DNA of 64,000 nt. It comes from Ginglymostoma cirratum (Eukaryota). The notes beneath the pieces are model-generated. The model was given only the letters and a program-made list of their open reading frames with translations, ran no database searches and was not told the origin of the DNA. Where the stretch lies: the NCBI GenBank assembly GCA_024137785.1, contig JAHRHZ010000271.1, positions 21,493,130 to 21,557,129 on the forward strand, written 5' to 3'. The first letter of the stretch is position 1, and the number at the start of each line of letters is the position of its first letter. Of the stretch, positions 51,701-64,000 are shown one piece after another. Both the position numbers and the translations under genes were made by a program.

Positions 51701-53489
51701 CAATGGTATTGGTGGAGTGGTGATATGCATATCTAATTTCTGACTCCAGAAGAGGGTCTGAAGCAAAAATGTTCTGATCTCGGAACCTGAGTGGATTGGG
51801 TCCTAATCTGTCACCAAATGAGTCTTTGTATGGGGTTTACCTGAAGGGGAAGGAGCTTGATGAGTTAGGAGGTTGGATTCATCAGAAAACTCCACTGCTT
51901 CACCTGGCCCCACAAGGAGAGTTATAAAGCGAATGTTCCCTCTCCCTCATGATGTACTTGCCTGTTCAGCTGTTAGAGTTTCCAAAGCCTGAGGAAACCT
52001 GGCAAAGTTGGTTAAAGTCAGAGAGTGTAAGCTCATTAAAATATTTCAATTTCGACCCAGCCTGCTGGAATGGATTGGCTACCACCCCTGTGTCCGGCTT
52101 CCAATAAACCAGAAGGTGAAAGAGTTGGAAGTAGGTTGAGATCAGGTTTTAGTTTGTAGAATATCTAACCGAATGCCCATTTGGGCAACTCACGTATTTC
52201 CAGGGATTTAGTATCCACCCTTAAAACTGAAAAAAGAAATTCTTACTATTCTCCTGGATAATGTATCAAAGGTCTTACTATGTTGCAATAGTAACAGGAT
52301 ACTGCTTCCAGGAACTGGGAACACAGGAATAACTGGGGAATATTGGAGTTGAGAGATCTGTGTGTCAGGAAGAGCATCCGGGGAGGAGGAAACTCAACTT
52401 GAAAACCAGTTGACCTCAGAAATTTGCTCCTTATGACTGTCCACTGGATGATACCTTTATTTTTCTTTGGAAGGTTGAACATGTTTGTATTTTGTATATT
52501 TATAAATTACGTTATGTTAGTTGGAGCTGCAGACTCCAATCCCATTCCCTTCTCTCTCTTTATATGGCACGTTCTTTTCAAATAAATAGCCAATGTCTTT
52601 ATGCAAATTAAATGGTAGCTTTTTTTTAATTTAATCGAGTTGAATTTATTTTCAGTTGAGGGAGCTTTGGTGTTTGCAGTGCTGAAGTCTTCAAGACAGT
52701 CATCACTGGACTGGAAGGATGAAGGTTCTGAATCTAAATGGAGAGAGCTGGTGACTGACAGATTTGTATTTGGAATATCTGTGGCTGTATGACTCTTGTT
52801 ACACTCCAGGTCCTATGTGCGTGTATTAGTTCATAGGGATTTCAAAAAAACAATCCTGAACAAGATATATCTGATTGATGCAATCTCAAAACAAAACAGA
52901 GCCCAGGGTATAGATCATAATAAAGGTTAACAAAATTCAATTAAAACATTTAGTGAGCCAGCCAGCATTGTACTTAAAACATACCTTAGCTTCATATTTT
53001 CCAGACCACAATACCATATAGGGATCTTTTCAATAAACATAGGGTCAACAAAGAGGTGAAGATATAACTGATATTGATTTATTACTTCAGTGGACTTTGC
53101 ACATTGAAACAAACCTTGTTTCATAACAATCTCAGTTGCATCTGTTTAAAGTTAATGCTATGTAATGTTCTTGGTTGAAAATTGGTTTGCCCCATTTTTT
53201 GCCCACTGAAGTCACGATTCATGATATGCCCTTGCCAATCCAGCAGAGGTAGCAGCAAATGAACTGTAAGCTGCTGCCTTTTTTTTAATGATTGTAGTGT
53301 TAGGTTGAGTAATTCTGTGCTGCTGACTACCTCTGTTCTATGCAGACAGTTGAGCAACATTGTGCTGATAGCATGTGGTGCAGCTAACCTTCTGTCCTTA
53401 ATGTCAGTCCATTTCTCTTAAAGGAAAGTTGGAATTATATGAGACTCCTGTTAAATACTCTTTCCACAATTCTATAAAGAAAATGGGAC

Positions 53490-54680
53490 TCTAGGACAGA
53501 AAGAGAGTTCCAGGATCATGGATAGGGCACTGGAGGCCTTATGAGTGAAGTGGGCAAAAGAAGAGATGCATGGTTCCAAGTGGCCCGTAAGGATACCCTC
53601 AGAAGCGGGAGCACATGACCTGTGAGATAAATTCTCAACATCTTTGAGCCCTTGGACCTGGCAGCAGTGTCACAAGAAGTCCAAGGATCTCACAAGGCTG
53701 ATCGAGTTATAACATGTCCTATCCAACACTCCTCCAGCTTCTTATGCTGTTTAATGCCCCATGCCCCAACATTCACCAAGCAGCACACACTGGCACTCAA
53801 GACACATGTTGAAAATTAAGATATTTCACCTCACTCTCACACACATAACAACGCTACCAGCTTAACCCCCACTCCCTGCTGCCTCCCTATATCTCTAACT
53901 CACAGACTTATCACAGATTTAACCAAGAACTGACATTCTGTCCTCTCTCTTCCAGGCAATGTGGGACAAAATGGAAGAGAGTAGAAGACAATCAATGGGT
54001 GATAATGATGGACACATCTGCTGAACTCTATGGAGGAGTTAGTTCTCTGCATCATGGTGGTGCCCAATACAATGGGACCCACGGCATCCAATGTTGCTGA
54101 GAACATTGAGTGTGATGATGTGTTCCTATTTTATGCATCTTCTCAACTCAAAGCTCAAGCTCCCCCTGGTGCCTGATATGATAAATAAGCTGTTGAAAAC
54201 ATCATCATTGACCTCAGTAGGCCTAAATGGACTGTGACTGTGGCTATGAGAAAGGTTGCTGATGAGCTATGGTACTCGCACTCAGGTAAGGACCTCCATG
54301 GAGTGACAGGAAATTGCTGATGAGTGTGCAATCCAACAATCTCTTCTCACTGTCAACCAGCACGTGAGTATTGTGACTCCATAGTGCAGAGCATGTCCTA
54401 TCTATGCCTTTTAAGAAGCATTGCTTTATGCCTATCTCTTCCCTCAATGCATCACCTTTCTGAAATAATGTACAAATTCTTTGTGTGATCCAAATGAGAA
54501 AGTCTGGTGTATGTCAGCTGGTTGATGTTGAGACAGGATACACTCTCATGGCTTCCAATGCATCCAGGGGCTTCCATCATGGGTAACCTTCCTAAGAAGG
54601 CATCCTCTACCACGTATGTTGGTGGCAGAATCTGCACCATGAGGAGGACAAATGGTACTATTCCGATGAATTTCACACCC
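53490..54680. mobile_element. Decayed two-gene PIF/Harbinger element: Myb/SANT gene (+, ~53490-54080) convergent with transposase C-terminus (-, ~54680-54300)
   Basis: Plus strand reads MDRALEAL..EVGKRRDA...WTWQQCHKKSKDLTR, with an intron and a ctctctcttccag acceptor. Minus strand reads IGIKQCFLKGIDRTCSALW (cf. IG.LK.RFRCLDRSGGALQY). Confidence 0.55.
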
Positions 54681-54709
54681 CTGAAAAAGAAAACTTGCTA
54701 GTAGAGCAA

Positions 54710-54843
54710 GTAGATTTCTGAAGAAGGGTCTAGATTCAAAACGTCAGCTTTCCTGCTCCTCTGATGCTGCTTGGCCTGCTGTGTTCATCCAGCTCTACAC
54801 CTTGTTATCTCAGATTCTCCAGCATCGGCAGTTCCTACTATCT
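54710..54843 (+). mobile_element. Single-arm PLE terminal repeat with tail and 16-bp TSD
   Basis: TSD cttgctagtagagcaa at 54694-54709 and 54844-54859. CTGAAGA-agggtctagattc-AAAA-CGTC at 54718. Confidence 0.92.
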
Positions 54844-56114
54844 CTTGCTAGTAGAGCAATTGTCCTACATACTTTATAAAAAACTTCTAAAATTTATATT
54901 ATGCTGAAATACATCACGGTATTTATAAAGTTATAAGAGTTACAATAAAACATACAAAAGTCTTCAGATTTATTTAATTGTTTTGACACAAATTTCTTTG
55001 TTTTGCTGATAAATGGGGTTATGTACAACAAATGAATTTCAATTGGATCAAAAACTTGTCCTGTTTTGGACATTTCAAATAGTGGCTGCATCAATTTCAT
55101 TTTATGATGGGGACAAAATTACTTGGGACAGATTCTGGTCCAGATGGATCACATGGATGAATGTTGGTTTTTTTTATTAGGTTCATATGTTGTTTATTAA
55201 CAAACATTCAAGGAAAACTGAGAAAATGGTACAATCTTGATTCAGCTTGAATTAATTAATTGTCCCGTTCACTTTGAAGAAACAGAATGAACAGCACTGA
55301 TTCCAAGTATGTTTTGCGAATTCCTGTATCTATGCTCACCAACACACGATGGTTACAATGTATAGTAAAATATAGTTACTTCCAGAGGTTTGAGTGGATT
55401 GTTGTAGTCATGAATGCAATTACATGCTGATTGCTGAAATGTTTTGCAAATCAAATAATTAACCCTTTCAATACAAACTTTACTTAATGTGTAAAGTGCT
55501 AGGCTCTGAATGAGTTAATGTTAAAGAGTGTATTTAGCACCACCCAATATGATGATATCATAAGGATCTAGGTTGGGGAACAGCTCTGAATCTCAAAGAA
55601 GATAGCCATGATCTCAAGATAGCCTTCATAGTCTTTATAACAATGTCTATCGTACCAGTATAACTTCCTCATGCATCTTGTTTAAGATAATTCTTATCAC
55701 TTTAGATTTCCTAGAGGTTTTCCTTTCAAGACTAGAACAAGAAGGCCTTGTAGCTCCTGATCTAAATGGAGGATGGTGGCAAAGAATCTAGTTTATACTG
55801 GCTAATAGTCCAGATAGGCCATACAGCTTGTTTGGAAGTGGTCAGGATTCATTACGCAACATGGTGAGCAGTGTGCAGATTGCAGTGAACTCTGAAGAAT
55901 ATTTCAAACACAGCTTTAAGAGAACAACTAGCGGAGACAGTCAGCAACCAGAAGAGCTGAACATTCCAGACGTCCATAGAAGAGCTAAAATTCAACAAGG
56001 TGGAACTGAAATTTAAGGGAACAGGTATTTCAGAATTGCTGAGAGAACTGCAGAAGTAAGTATGGAGCTAGAACACTAGTCACACCCGCAGTTACAGGTT
56101 GCATTGAACGCTGA

Positions 56115-57020
56115 ACAAAAATTGGTGATGTAATGAACAGTGAAAAAGGTTATCCAAGATTACAAAGATATCTTGATCAATTGGTTCAATGGACTGAGGA
56201 GTGGCAGATGGTGTTTAATTTGGACAAATGCAATGTATTGCATTTTGGTAAAAGAAACTAAGGCAGGACTTATACTAGTAATGGTAGGGCCCTGGGTAAT
56301 GTTGTAGAACAGAGTGACCTAGGGGTTCAGGTACATAATTCTTTGAAATTTGAATCACATGTAGACAGGGTGGTTAAGAAGGCACTTAGCATGTTTGCCT
56401 TCATTGCTCAGATCTTTGAGTTTGGAGTTAGGACATTATGTTGAGGTTGTACTGGACTTCGGTGAGGTTTCTTCTGGAGTACTGTGTGCAGTTCTGTTCG
56501 CCGTGCTATGAGAAGAATGTGGTTAAATTGGACAATTTTCACAAAAGATTTGCCAGGATGTTGTTAGGAATTGAGGGTTTAAGTTATTAAAATAAGCTGG
56601 ATAGGCTGGGACTTTTCTCACTGGAGCACAGGAGGCTGTGGAGTGACCTTGTAGAGGTTTGTAAAATCATAGGTGCATAGATAAGGTGAATAGCAAAGGT
56701 CTTTTCCATAAAGTATGAGAGTTCAAAACTAGGGGTCATTTTTAAGGTGAGAGGAGAAAGAATTAAAAAGAACATCAGGGCAACGTTTTTACGCAGAGTG
56801 TTGTTATTGTGTGGAATGAACTGTCAGAAGAAATGATGGATGCCGATGCAGTTGCAATGTTTAAAAATCATTTGGATAAGTACATGAAGAGGAAAGTTTT
56901 AGAGGGATATGGGCCAAACACGGGTGGGTGGGAATAATTTAGTTTTGGAGCATGGTTGGCGTGGACTATTTGGACGTGAAGGGTCTGTTTCAATGATGTA
57001 TCACTTCTATGACTCTATGA
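56115..57020 (+). mobile_element. CR1 LINE 3' ~900 bp
   Basis: LQRYLDQLVQWTEEWQMVFNLDKCNVLHFG..DLGVQVHNSLK..; ends in ttctatgactctatgact. Confidence 0.92.
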
Positions 57021-57084
57021 CTAAATGTAAGAGCAGTCCACTGTTGAGGTTGAGCAGGAGTGCAAATGAATACAAGTGGCTCTG

Positions 57085-57385
57085 TGAGTAAACAGTTCTT
57101 CAAATACACAATCACTTCTGAACTATACAGTAAATCAAAAAATGAATGAGTGAATATATTTTTATATTCAGTTGGGACTATGGTAGATGATGATATGTTT
57201 AACAAGGCATAAAAGATAGTACAAATACTTTTGATGATGTTCTACAAGCATTTGACAATTACTTTAATCTTGAGACAAGTAAAGTTCTTGAAAGAATAAG
57301 ATTTAACAGAATAGTTCAACATCCAGGGGAATCTCTAGATAATTTCATTAATGATTTCAAAGGATTATGCAGAAAATGTGATTGG
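57085..57385 (+). mobile_element. Ty3/Gypsy gag remnant
   Basis: VNIFLYSVG../FDDVLQAFDNYFNLETSKVLERIRFNRIVQHPGESLDNFINDF, the retrotransposon gag 'ERAKFN.R.Q.PGES.D.FI' motif. Confidence 0.75.
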
Positions 57386-58779
57386 ATGATTGCAATTTGC
57401 AGTATATAATAATGGTTCTCAAAGGGTTAATGTCAGAAGCTACATTAAGCACCACTCAATCTGACTGTATTGTAAGAATTTGTATGATTAAACACAAAGC
57501 ACCATACAGCCTTTTAAATACCTATGTCATAGATCTTGGAATAGTCTTAGTAACAATGGTTATCTTATTGGCGTAACTTGTACCTGAATGTGATCATGCA
57601 ATAAGCTACATCTTGTTTAGAACAAGAAGCTCTTCACAATAAGACTCACCAGTGGTTTTTCTCAATCATGTAAACTATGTTCTCCTTGGACCCAGCCAAG
57701 GAAAGAGGATGGTGGCAGCAAACTGCCTCAATGATAAGCTGGTTGTGGTTTATATTGCAACACCTATAGTAGCTCTGGTGGACATTGTTGTTTAATACCA
57801 CAAGGTAAAAATCATGAGAATTAAAATGGATCAAGGTGCAATACTGGAAATTTACAGCAGTTAGGATTTTAAAATTTTTAGAACGACTCAGACAGTTACT
57901 TGGCAGCTACAGCAATTGCGTGGTCAAACAACCTACAGAAAAAATTGTGGAGTGACAAACAAGGGACAAATAGCACCTAAAAGGTAAAGCCTTTAACTTG
58001 AGACCTGGTAAGAGAAACATAGAAGCAAGTGTGAGCTAGATACTAGTCACACCTAGAGGTCATAGATTCCATCAGGAAGCAGTTGGAGCAATCCCAAATA
58101 AAGGGTCACATAGAAAGCAACAGGCACCAAATATTCATGAGTAAAGTTAAATTGAAAGTGCAGAATGAGCTAAGAAGGTAAGACATTAAAAAGGTGTACT
58201 TACAAACTGCAGTGAATGTAACCACCTGATGAGGGCAGAGACTATGAGACACAACTACTATAGAGAAATAAATGACCATAAATGCAATTTAAACTGAATT
58301 TACATCATTAATAATGTTGCAATGCCCAAATTAGGGCAACAAATGTCCAATGTAAAACCTTGAACAGAGTTTAACAAAGGAAGACTTTTAGAAAATATTA
58401 TGACCACAACAGGAGTGGGGAATCGATAACTCATACTATGATTTAGGCAGAAAGAATGCACAAAGTCCACAGGTGCCAGGGCCTTTTTGGGAACACTTGG
58501 AAAAGGATAGGAATTGTTCTATTAGTCCGTGAAGTGTGAAAAAATCATCTCTTTGGACACTGTAAAAGTAAATAAACACATTAGGGGCAATGATAAGGAA
58601 AATAATACTATTCAGCAGAGTTAATATCACTGATGGGCCATATAGAAAGTAGAGTTGGAAATCTTGGAGAAAACCATTCTTAAGATATGGAATTGCTTCC
58701 ATGCTAGACACAAAACCATAAGCTGAGCAATTAAATACACAGCCATATAAAAAGGACTTATATATTATTATAAATCACC

Positions 58780-60090
58780 AAATATTGTTGATATAGTTTT
58801 ACAAATTTCTAACAAATACTCTAATCTGAGAGCAAATAACATTCTTGAAGAAGCAAGATTCAATAGAAGAATTCAGAATCCAGAGGAATCCATAGATTAA
58901 TTCATTAATTGTCTCAGTAGGTTAGTGGAATAATATGGCTATGGAGCTTTGAAATTAGTTTTCATAAGATTCAGAATAGTCAATAGAATTATTGGTGAGT
59001 TTTGTCAGATTCATTACAGTTCAAAGAAGATTTGACTTTGGAGAAAGCTATTCCAATTTTACGGGAAACAGAAGGCAGCTAGAATCACAGACAAATCCTG
59101 ACAGAATTGCAACCTTAATAAGGGTGTGTGACAAATCCATTCAATTTATAAAGTATAAAAATGCTAAAGGTACATATCACAAGACAATATAAACTGTAGA
59201 CCAATCACAAGATACGAAGAGTTAGTTTCAGTATTGTGAAAGAAGAAAGCTTCACAGGCGCACACAGTGTACAGCTATTAAAAAGAATGCTATATTTCTA
59301 AAACTAAAGCTCACTTCTAGAAGATGTGTGGATTATTTGTAAAGTCACCATAGCCCTACTGGATCATAGGACTATTCTCTGATTAGAGAAAGATGACTGG
59401 CGGTGGTTTAACCTGAGGGTGACCACATCTCAGGCAAATGGAGTGGTTGAGAAGGAGAGTCTTTCATGGTAACTCAGCTAGTGCAGGAACCAACGCTGTT
59501 GGTATCACTCTGCATTGTAAACCAGCCATCTAGCCAAGTGAGCTAACCAATGCCCAGCCTGTGTGACTGGGAAAGTAACATGGAGCAAAAACTCAAATGG
59601 TTACACATTCAAAGGTTTAAATCACATGACACTGCCAATATTAGAAAACATACCTAATGCATTCCCAGGAGAAACTGGTGATTAAAACAAACTTGAGTTT
59701 TACAGAACCTGTTTATGTTAATGAACATCTCATTAATTTGACATTTGATACACACACAAGCCTTACTGTCTGATCAGATCATTCACCAAGAGTGAAGAAG
59801 CTGTAGTTACAGCCTACAGTAATGAAACTACATGGCCCAGGCGGAACAGCTCTCAAGGTTAATGATATGCTAGAAGCAACATTGCAGAACAAATGATATA
59901 AAAAAGTAGAGTATGTGAACATAATTCAAAAACAAGAAACCTCAACCATGAGCAAGAATACAGGTTTGCCTCGATAGTCTTTGAAAGGTTGAGTAGCACA
60001 GGAATAAAAGTTCATTTGAAAAGGTGTACCCTAAATTGTTCACAAAATTAGGAAAGCTCAATACCAAATCCAGCATTGCATTAAACAGCT
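58780..60090 (+). mobile_element. Ty3/Gypsy gag-protease remnant (second, diverged copy), interrupted by a SINE
   Basis: ILEEARFNRRIQNPEESID*FI..YGYGALK..LSDSLQFKEDLTLEKAI; zinc-knuckle remnant at ~59230-59330; protease-like VYVNEHLINLTFDT..; YPKLFTKLGKL at 60027. Confidence 0.75.
59345..59556 (-). mobile_element. tRNA-derived SINE, copy 1
   Basis: Minus-strand head tggtTAGCTCACTTGGctagatggctggttt. Homologous to 61580-61767. Confidence 0.7.
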
Positions 60091-61579
60091 GTAAGTCAGA
60101 ACTGTACTTAAAGGACCCCAAAAGTCAAACTGTAGCATGTTCAGGGGAGCTTTTTGCCAGGGTTTCCAGCTATGCAACAGCTATCACCCATTTAAAACCT
60201 GTTTAAAATCCAGGCTCCGAATCTCAGACAATAATCCATATAAGAAGTTTATTAAGAAAGAATATGAACAGTCAAAAATTGAAGAGGAGCAAAAAGAGAA
60301 TTGAAGCACTTCACTTCTTTCCAAGTGATAATTACATTTAAAAAAACTGAATCTAACATGCATGCAATCATCAAATTTATCATATCTGTCAGGATTGTGA
60401 TAACTGAAGGCCTTGTCTTGAAACCATGAGTTGAAGTGTATAAAGCGAAGTTGAAGTAAGAATGAGTGAGGTGGTAAATTTGTAGAAACGTATATCATTG
60501 TTTAAAAACATGTCAAAAAGTATTATGTATGAATTAGGTTATAAATTACTGATCAAAATTCTTTATCACATACCAGAACACGAGGGGTTAATAACTTTTA
60601 TTCATACAGAAAGAAACCCATTGATTTGATGCATGTTTTCATTCGAGTCAGAGTTGGGTGGGTTTTGTGAAATTTTATTTGTCTCATATTGAAAATTGCA
60701 TTTTTGTCAGTAAGTCCATAACTTGAGTCCAGTAGAAAAGAAAAGCTATTTTGAAGTGTGATTGAAAGAGTTCCACTGACATATAGCTGCACCACATTTT
60801 ATTACATGACAATAGAGATAACACGAAGTACTTAGTAACGAAAAAAGGAATAAGTCACCTGGTTCAAGTCCAAAATGTTATGGGGAATTGATAGTCTGAG
60901 TGGTGTGGAGTCTTTAGTTGCCAGGAAAATGGTGTGGAAACATGGGTGAATACAATTGTTTTTTGTAACCTAATTCGTGGCCCCATCCCATCAGAAGTGT
61001 CTGTTTGTGGGTTTATCTTTGGGGCTGCCTGCCCTGAGGTAGTGAGTCTACAGTCGCCACAGTGTCTGAAGTTTCAGTCTGTGGTTGTGTTATGGCAAAT
61101 ATCAAATAAGCAATTGTTTTCAAGACTCATTTTGTGAAGAGATGTAATTCAGGCAGAGGTGCTTTTATTGGTTTGATATTCATTTGAGAACAGAAAGTTG
61201 ATAATTATGATATATCTGCATTCCATTCTATGCAGTAGCTTGCTTGATTTAAATAAATTATTTGCTGGTTTATAGCCAGTATCTTTATCTAAAGTTTTTA
61301 TTCTATCCAGTAACTGAAGAAGGAAAAACATGTGCCAGCACAAAATGCATTCCAGAAAAGTGGCAGACAGTGATAAGGACTTTCTGCTTGTTTTCACGAT
61401 GTTAACTGTCATTTACACTGATATTGGGCAGGTAAAGACACACTCTAGAGATCTGCTCAAATGAATGATTAATGAGATGAAACTCAAATAAAATATCTAA
61501 TGTAAAGCCTAAAAGCATGGAAGTTATACAGTTAAATACGCCTCATTTTGAGATGAAATTAATTATTAAAAAAGGGTAA

Positions 61580-61767
61580 AGTTATCATTGCCTTACTCCT
61601 TCCTTAGAGAGATGATTGATGGTGGTTGAACCTAAGGGTCACCACACCTCAGGTATATGGAGAGATTGAGAAGGACTAGCCTTCATGGTAACAGGAATTG
61701 AGCCCATGCTGTTGGCATTACTTTGCACTACAAACCAGCTGTCCAACAAACTAACTAACTGACCCCC
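61580..61767 (-). mobile_element. tRNA-derived SINE, copy 2
   Basis: Shares ggtggtt(t/g)aacct(g/a)agggt(g/c)accaca(t/c)ctcagg..ttcatggtaac with copy 1. B box GGCTCAATTCC on the minus strand. Confidence 0.7.
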
Positions 61768-62139
61768 TAAGTTAATGATGCCTCCTTAACTGTTGATATT
61801 TGGCTCCTTTGTAATCCGACATGGAAAGAACGGGATAAACCAAGAACATTTGAATTACTGAATTAAGGGACTAACTGCCAAATACATTTAAATCCTAACT
61901 CTAGAGAAAAAATTATCATAAAAATATCAAAAATAGAAATATTCAGAATACAAACTGTGGAATAATGTGGTTCACATAAATCATGATGATATAACTGATT
62001 ATATTACTCTCACAAATACTAAAAGAGAAGGCACAAGTTAGGAATGAGCATGTGAAGAGAGAGTTCTTAGACTTTACGGTAGAGTGTTACATTTGATAAA
62101 CCGCTATATACAAAGTAAATTAAGAAGTGTTATGAGGAG

Positions 62140-63600
62140 AGGACCTGGGGGGGCTGGCAAGCAACTAATGTTGCTCCTCTGTTCAAAAGGGGAAATAGGG
62201 ATAATCCAGGAAACAATAGACTGTTGAGTCTCACTTCAGTGGTTGGGAAGCTATTGGAAAAAATCCTTAGAGATAGGATTTACGTGTATTTGGAAAATAA
62301 TAACCTAATTAGGGACAGTCAGCATGGCTTTGTGCCGCTCGGGTAATGTCTTATTAACTTGATTGAAGTTTTCAAGACGATGATGAGGATGATCAATGAG
62401 CGTAGAACAGTAGATGTTGCCCACATGAACTTCTGTAAAGCTTTCAACAAGATCCCTCATGGTAGGCTCATTCAGAAGATTAAGATGAATGAGATCCATG
62501 GTGACTTGGCCATGTGGATTCAGAATTGGCTTGCCCTTAAACAGTAGATGGTAGTGGTGGAAGGGTGTTTTCAGTTTGGAGGTCCGTGACTAGTGGTGAT
62601 TGGCAGGGATCTGTACTGGGACCTTGGCTGTTTGTGATAAATGACTTGGATGAAAATGTGGAAGGGTGGGTTAGTAAATTTCCAGATGACACAAAGATAA
62701 GTGAAATTATGGGTAATGTAGGAGATTGTCAAAAGATACAGCAGGATACAGATCAGTTGCGGATATGGACAGAGAAATGACAGATGGAGTTTAATCTGGA
62801 TAAGTGTGAGGGGCTGCACTTTAGGAGATCAAATGTTAAGGAAAAGTATAGAGTTAATGGCAGGATGCTGAACAGTATTGATGCACAGAGGGATCTTGGG
62901 ATTCAAGTCCATAGCTCCCCGAAAGTGGCCATGCAAGTAGATAAGGTGGTAAAGAAGGCATATGGCACACTTGCCTTTATTGTCGGGTAATTGAGTACAA
63001 AAGCCAGGATGTCATGTTGCAGCTGTATAAGACTTTGGTTAGCCCACATAAAGTATTTTCTCAATTCTGGTTGCCATATTAGAGGAAAGATGTGGATGCT
63101 TTGGAGGGGGAGTAGAAGAGATTTACCAGGATTCTACCAGGATTACAGGGTATGAGCTATAAGGAGAGGCTAGAGAAAACTCAGGCTGTTTTCTCGGAGC
63201 AGCGGAGGCTGAGGAGATACTTGAAAGATGTTAATAAAATTATGAGATGCATAGATGGAGTTGATGGTCAGAATCTTTTTCTCAGAGTTGAAATGTCTAA
63301 TACTAGGGGGCATGCATTTAAGGTGAGGGGGGAGAGGTCAAAGGAGATGTGAGGGGCAAGTGTTTTGCACAGAGAGTGGTAGGAATCTGGAATGCACTGC
63401 CAAGAGTGTTGGAGGAGGCAAATATGATAGAGGCATTTAAGGGACTTTTCGATAAGCACATGAATATGCAAGGAATGGAGGAATATGGACCAAAGTTATG
63501 TAGAAGGGATTAGTTTAATTTGGTGTCATGCTTGGCATAACATCGTGGATCGAAGGGCCCATCCTTGTGCTGTACTATTCTATGTTCTATCTATGTTCTA
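62140..63600 (+). mobile_element. CR1 LINE 3' ~1.45 kb (RT domain with stops and frameshifts)
   Basis: ORF pieces VDVAHMNFCKAFNKIPHGRL, QGSVLGPWLF..SKFPDDTKI, MEFNLDKCE..QRDLGIQVH and RGHAFKVRG. Tail ttctatgttctatctatgttcta. Confidence 0.95.
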
Positions 63601-63859
63601 AGAATGACCCTTTTCAGCGATAAAGAACATTAGCCTCAGCCACAGTATTTGTGCAGACACCCATAGGCCAAGGTACACCATACGGTTCCAACCTTAAATC
63701 CTCCCACGATCAAATTCACTACTTATGCAGAAATCAGTATCCAAAACCAGACGGGATTGTGAGAAAACATCAGGAATTCTTCTGATATAACCAGGTGGAT
63801 AGGCCAAAAGATGGTGTCATTGTCCTCCTAAGTACCTGCCAAAATACCAAAAGAGGGAA

Positions 63860-63980
63860 GTCAACGTCATTGACCGTTATACAAGATGTAGGTCCAAACC
63901 GAATCACAAGCGCAATGCTTGTCCAGCAGGGGAAACTGATGTATGGCCAAGTGGGATGTATTAGAAAATGTTATAAGTCA
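63860..63980 (+). mobile_element. Possible Gypsy gag zinc-knuckle remnant
   Basis: YTRCRSKPNHKRNACPAG resembles a gag knuckle, but it is short and decayed. Confidence 0.3.
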
Positions 63981-64000
63981 ACAGCACTTTCCTCACCTAA

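Noticed and set aside
63720-63860. Minus-strand acceptor-like ttccctcttttggtattttggcag, a possible last exon of a neighbouring gene
   Set aside because: No recognisable peptide in any frame, and the adjacent sequence looks like a gag remnant on the other strand.
1-64000. CRISPR array or prokaryotic operon-type system
   Set aside because: Vertebrate DNA with no regularly spaced repeat-spacer array and no gene-dense region.

Overview
Eukaryotic, AT-rich, repeat-dense vertebrate DNA. The repeat repertoire (HE1-type V-SINE, Deu-domain SINE, CR1 LINEs, Penelope-like termini) points to a shark, probably a carpet shark (inference). The only host coding sequence I can support is the first coding exon of LGR6 (minus strand, 21367-21180: signal peptide plus LRR N-cap, phase-2 GTAAGT donor) in a CpG-enriched promoter region. 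Positions 1-21179 are therefore intron 1, and I could not find exon 2. The rest is upstream intergenic DNA filled with decayed CR1/L2 LINEs, SINEs, PIF/Harbinger remnants (Myb/SANT and DDE genes) and Ty3/Gypsy gag-pro remnants. The most striking structure is a set of 100-600 bp Penelope-like (PLE) insertions with 12-16 bp target-site duplications. Most carry a minimal type I hammerhead-ribozyme motif, and several are fold-back palindromes with a fixed symmetry centre and two discrete end points. One such palindrome spans the 400-N assembly gap. Hammerheads in PLEs are established knowledge; the junction details here are what merit follow-up. Nearly all ORFs in the track are chance or transposon-derived. 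Boundaries of decayed repeats are approximate, and family names come from my recognition of sequence, not from a database search.
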